Assembly: GCF_013362815.1 (NCBI RefSeq)
Contig: NZ_JABFVK010000027.1
Coordinates: 7,140-71,139, forward strand
DNA from: Hamadaea sp.
Lineage (GTDB): Bacteria > Actinomycetota > Actinomycetes > Mycobacteriales > Micromonosporaceae
Direction of reading: 5' to 3'
Length of the DNA stretch: 64,000 nt
Within the stretch, counting starts at the first letter, position 1, and every line of letters starts with the position of its first letter. Positions 60,759 through 64,000 of this stretch are shown one piece after another. The notes under the pieces are model-generated. The model was given only the letters and a program-made list of their open reading frames with translations, ran no database searches and had not been told where the DNA came from. Position numbers and translations under genes: made by a program.

Positions 60759-61415
60759 ATGCGCATACTGGTGGTAGAGGACGAAACCATCCTTGCCGAC
60801 GGCATAGCCGAGTGGCTGCGCCGCGAGGCGTTGGCGGTCGACGTCGCGTACGACGGGGACGCCGCGCTGGAACGCCTAGGGGTCAACGACTACGACGTCC
60901 TCGTCCTCGATCGTGATCTCCCGATGGTGCACGGCGACGACGTCTGCCGAGCCGTCGTGGAGTCCGACGCCACCACGCGCATCCTCATGCTCACCGCGGC
61001 GGCCGCCGTACGCGATCGAGTCGCCGGACTGTCCCTCGGCGCAGACGACTATCTGGCCAAGCCGTTCGCCTTCGCCGAGTTGTCGGCTCGGGTCCATGCG
61101 CTGGCCCGGCGGGCCCGGCCGGCCGCGCCGCCCGTATTGTCCCGATCCGGCGTCACGCTCGATCCGGCGCGACGGGAGGTTTCCCGTGACGGTCAGCCGA
61201 TCGCGTTGGCCAACAAGGAGTTCGCCTTGCTCGCCGAGTTGCTGCGCGCCGACGGCACGGTCGTCAGCGCGGAATACCTCCTGGAGAAGGTCTGGGACGA
61301 GAACATCGACCCGTTCACGAACGTCCTGCGAGTCACGATGATGAAGCTGCGCCGCAAACTCGGTGATCCACCCGTCGTCGAGACGGTGGCCGGCGCGGGA
61401 TACCGGGTGCTGTGA
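60759..61415 (+). CDS. OmpR/PhoB-family response regulator
   Basis: Track ORF starts at 60723; ATG 60759 follows AAAGGGGA. MRILVVEDE, LDRDLP (phospho-Asp) and a winged-helix C-terminus (LANKEFALLAELL ... GAGYRV). Confidence 0.85.
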   Translation: MRILVVEDETILADGIAEWLRREALAVDVAYDGDAALERLGVNDYDVLVLDRDLPMVHGDDVCRAVVESDATTRILMLTAAAAVRDRVAGLSLGADDYLAKPFAFAELSARVHALARRARPAAPPVLSRSGVTLDPARREVSRDGQPIALANKEFALLAELLRADGTVVSAEYLLEKVWDENIDPFTNVLRVTMMKLRRKLGDPPVVETVAGAGYRVL

Positions 61416-62581
61416 TGAGCCGCTGGAGTCTTCGCGTACGCCTGACCGTCCTCTACGGCGGCCTGTTCGTGCTCGCCGGCGCACTGCTGCTGGGCGTCAC
61501 CTACTTCCTGGTCGAGCGCAGTCTCGACGCCCGGATGGGAGCCAGCGCGGGCAACCTCGACTTCCGCCCGAAGACCCTGGACAGCCTCGGGACGATCGAG
61601 GTCAACGGCCAGAAGATCAACATCCCGCAGGCGATCATCGATTACCGGGCGCAGCAGGAGCAATTCCGCCGCGACACCCTCGATTCCCTCGTGACCGGGG
61701 GAGCGATCGCGCTCGCCGGGGTCGGCGTCGTGGCGGGCGCGTTCGGCTGGCTCGTCGCGGGCCGGGCCTTGCAGCCGCTCAGCCGGATCACCGAGACCGC
61801 CCGGCGGATCGCCGGTGCGCCGGATCGCGGGCTGCACGAGCGAATCGCCTTGGCCGGGCCGAAGGACGAGGTCAAAGAGCTGGCGGACACCTTCGACACG
61901 ATGATGGAACGACTCGACCGGTCCTTCGACGGGCAGCGGCGGTTCGTCGCCAACGCCTCCCACGAGCTGCGTACGCCGCTCGCCCTCAACCGGGCCCTGG
62001 TGGAGCTCGCCGTCAGCCGTCCCGACGCCGTACCCCAGACCCGTCAGCTCGGCGAGTCCCTGCTGTCGGTGAACGAGCGGCACGAACGGCTCATCGACGG
62101 GCTGCTCACGCTGGCCGAGAGCGAGACGGCGGTCGTCGAGACCGTCCCGGTGGACCTGGCCGAAGTAGCCCAGCACGTGCTGGACCAGGCGTTGGTGGCC
62201 GACCGGAAGGTCTCGGCCCAGCTGCGTACGGCGCCGACGACCGGCGATCCCGTACTGCTGGAACGACTCGCCCAGAACCTCGTGGAGAACGCGATCCGGC
62301 ACAACTTGCCCGAGGACGGTTGGCTGTCGGTGCATACGGCCACGATCGACGGCCAGGCGCAGCTCGTGGTGGAGAACTCCGGTCCCGTCGTGCCCAAGTA
62401 CGAGATCGAGACGCTGTTCCAGCCGTTCCGCCGGATGCGGCACGAGCGTACCGCCGAACGAGGGTTCGGCCTCGGCCTGTCGATCGTGCGGGCGGTCGCC
62501 CGAGCCCACGGCGGCGAGGTGACCGCCGAACCCCGTACGCGCGGCGGCCTCACCGTCACGGTCACCCTCCCCGCCAGCTAA
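61412..62581 (+). CDS. Sensor histidine kinase (HAMP plus HisKA plus HATPase_c)
   Basis: Start overlaps the regulator stop. Two TM helices, H-box FVANASHELRTPLA, N-box LVENAIRHN, G-boxes ENSGP and GFGLGLSIV. Confidence 0.85.
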   Translation: MMSRWSLRVRLTVLYGGLFVLAGALLLGVTYFLVERSLDARMGASAGNLDFRPKTLDSLGTIEVNGQKINIPQAIIDYRAQQEQFRRDTLDSLVTGGAIALAGVGVVAGAFGWLVAGRALQPLSRITETARRIAGAPDRGLHERIALAGPKDEVKELADTFDTMMERLDRSFDGQRRFVANASHELRTPLALNRALVELAVSRPDAVPQTRQLGESLLSVNERHERLIDGLLTLAESETAVVETVPVDLAEVAQHVLDQALVADRKVSAQLRTAPTTGDPVLLERLAQNLVENAIRHNLPEDGWLSVHTATIDGQAQLVVENSGPVVPKYEIETLFQPFRRMRHERTAERGFGLGLSIVRAVARAHGGEVTAEPRTRGGLTVTVTLPAS

Positions 62582-62646
62582 GCGCTGGATCAGGGTTCAC
62601 GGTCGAATCATGGGTCAAGATTCGACCCGGAACCCTGATCCAGCGC
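62582..62646. repeat. Palindromic extragenic repeat, family 2 (copy C)
   Basis: GCGCTGGATCAGGGTTC...GGTCGAA..CAAGATTCGACCCGGAACCCTGATCCAGCGC, starting on the nucleotide after the kinase TAA (62579-62581). Confidence 0.75.
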
Positions 62647-62689
62647 ACAAAGAAGGCCGGAAGATAATCTGCAACGGTACGATTGAGGC

Positions 62690-63163
62690 ATGACCGCCAT
62701 GGCCCCGAACCGCACCGCCCCGGATCTGTCGTTCTTCCTGGATCACACCAGCCACGTCCTGCGTACGCGGATGGCGGCCGAGCTGGCCGAGATCGGGCTC
62801 ACCGCGCGGATGCACTGCGTTCTCGTGCATGCCCTGGAGGAGGAGCGTACGCAGATCCAGCTGGCCGAGCTGGGAGATATGGACAAGACCACCATGGTCG
62901 TCACGGTCGACGCGCTGGAGAAAGCCGGGCTGGCCGAACGCCGCCCGTCGTCGACCGATCGCCGGGCCCGGATCATCGCGGTGACTCCGGCCGGGGCGAA
63001 GCTGGCCCACCGCAGTCAGGCGATCGTCGACCGGGTGCACGAGGAGGCGCTCGGCTCGCTGCCGGCCAAGGAGCGCGAGGTCTTCCTGCGGGCGATGGAA
63101 CGCCTGGTCGAGGGGCATCTGGCAGAGCCGGTGGAGAACACGGCGCGTCGCGCTCGCCAGTAA
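62690..63163 (+). CDS. MarR-family transcriptional regulator
   Basis: 157 aa with a winged HTH: QIQLAELGDMDKTTMVVTVDALEKAGLAERRPSSTDRRARII. Confidence 0.8.
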   Translation: MTAMAPNRTAPDLSFFLDHTSHVLRTRMAAELAEIGLTARMHCVLVHALEEERTQIQLAELGDMDKTTMVVTVDALEKAGLAERRPSSTDRRARIIAVTPAGAKLAHRSQAIVDRVHEEALGSLPAKEREVFLRAMERLVEGHLAEPVENTARRARQ

Positions 63164-63182
63164 ACATCCGCAAGAAGATTGT

Positions 63183-63206
63183 CTGTAACGGAACTATCCG
63201 CTACAG
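63183..63206. promoter_or_regulatory. Candidate MarR operator (CTGTAACGG-N6-CCGCTACAG)
   Basis: 8 of 9 positions are complementary between the arms, 9 nt upstream of the MFS ATG. A related box, AAGATAATCTGCAACGGTAC, lies upstream of marR (62661-62680). Confidence 0.4.
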
Positions 63207-63214
63207 TCCATCTT

Positions 63215-64000
63215 ATGTCTCGACGTTGGATCGCTCTCGGCGTACTCGCCACCACCATGCTCATGACGATCCTTGACGGCAGCATCGTCACGGTCGCGAT
63301 GCCGGCCATCGCGGAGGATCTCGGCTTCACTCCGGCCGGGCTTAGCTGGATCGTCAACGCATACCTCATTGCCTTCGGCAGCCTGTTGCTGCTCGCCGGG
63401 CGACTGGGCGATCTGCTGGGCCGCCGCCGGCTCTTCTTCGCGGGGACGGCGCTGTTCACCGCGGCCTCGCTGCTCGCGGGGGCGGCGACCACGCCGGCTG
63501 TCCTGATCGCCGCCCGCTTCCTGCAAGGCGTCGGCAGCGCCACCGCCACCGCGGTCAGCCTCGGCATCCTGGTCACGCTGTTCACCGACGCCCGCGAACG
63601 GTCCCGGGCGATCGCGGTCTACAGCTTCACAGGCGCGGCCGGGGCGGCGATCGGCCAGGTCGCGGGTGGTCTGCTCACCGACGCCCTCGGCTGGCACTGG
63701 ATCTTCCTCATCAACCTGCCCATCGGGGTCGCCGCGCTGCTCGCGGCTCGCACACTCCCGGCCGATCGGGGGCTCGGGCTCGCCGCCGGCGCGGACGTCC
63801 TCGGGGCGCTGCTGGTCACCGGCGGCCTGGTACTGGGCATCTACGCGGTGGTCACGGGGCACTGGTCGTGGGCCGGTTCGCTCGCTGCGGTGCTGCTTCT
63901 GTCCTTTGTGGTACGCCAAAAGACCGCCCGGAATCCGTTGATGCCGTTGCGCATCTTCCGGTCCCGCGAGGTATCCGTCGCCAATGTGGTGCAGGCGCTG
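63215..64000 (+). CDS. MFS drug:H+ antiporter (DHA2/EmrB-QacA type), N-terminal part, runs off the right edge
   Basis: Not in the track (no stop in the window). ATG 63215 gives MSRRWIALGVLATTMLMTILDGSIVTVAMPAIAEDLGF...LLLLAGRLGDLLGRRRLF...RFLQGVGSA, and the frame stays open to 64000. Confidence 0.75.
   Translation, partial: MSRRWIALGVLATTMLMTILDGSIVTVAMPAIAEDLGFTPAGLSWIVNAYLIAFGSLLLLAGRLGDLLGRRRLFFAGTALFTAASLLAGAATTPAVLIAARFLQGVGSATATAVSLGILVTLFTDARERSRAIAVYSFTGAAGAAIGQVAGGLLTDALGWHWIFLINLPIGVAALLAARTLPADRGLGLAAGADVLGALLVTGGLVLGIYAVVTGHWSWAGSLAAVLLLSFVVRQKTARNPLMPLRIFRSREVSVANVVQAL

Overview
High-G+C, actinomycete-type chromosomal DNA with GC-rich third codon positions and many Arg/Pro-rich antisense shadow ORFs. 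I support about 55 protein genes. I recognised no rRNA, tRNA, CRISPR array, transposase or integrase. All function calls come from motif recognition by eye, since no searches were run. Where the ORF track only gave a longer upstream-extended ORF, I chose the start codon from in-frame ATG/GTG/TTG codons, Shine-Dalgarno spacing and stop/start overlaps.

Gene content from left to right:
- Partial secreted beta-propeller gene.
- MEDS/anti-sigma-kinase-like regulator, followed by a tightly coupled 4-gene operon: TDO, a second divergent TDO-superfamily haem protein, a kynureninase-like PLP enzyme and an O-methyltransferase.
- Large secreted SGNH esterase.
- Six-gene Asp23/AmaP envelope-stress operon behind a sigma-B-type promoter.
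- TMEM175-like channel, type-II NADH dehydrogenase, and a TetR/SDR pair.
- Two carbohydrate-uptake loci. The first has an LplABC-like transporter, a LacI regulator and a GH1 enzyme. The second has a ROK regulator, a GH36-like enzyme, an ABC importer, two DUF4832-like paralogues and an MFS sugar porter.
- SoxR and a GNAT acetyltransferase.
- A six-gene NRPS-like line (35.3-41.9 kb) in which every domain is a separate small protein (A, C, P450, PCP, a C variant with HRxxxDG, and a reductase).
- An HTH membrane regulator.
- A run of secreted lytic enzymes: an intradiol dioxygenase, an M4 protease and an S1 protease, each ending in a CBM5/12-like module, then a GH16 glucanase with two ricin modules and an M23 peptidase. 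This run is interrupted by a 1218-aa NB-ARC/WD40 STAND NTPase with an N-terminal two-helix membrane hairpin.
- SigJ-type sigma factor, cupin and tandem USP.
- A lipoprotein/HlyD/MacB-type ABC module with a divergent two-component system.
- MarR plus a partial DHA2 MFS pump.

Non-coding structure includes two families of palindromic extragenic repeats, several operator-like palindromes, and strong hairpins.

The most likely candidates for something undescribed are the dissociated NRPS/P450 line, the paired-TDO operon, the membrane-hairpin STAND protein, and the chitin-binding-module dioxygenase.
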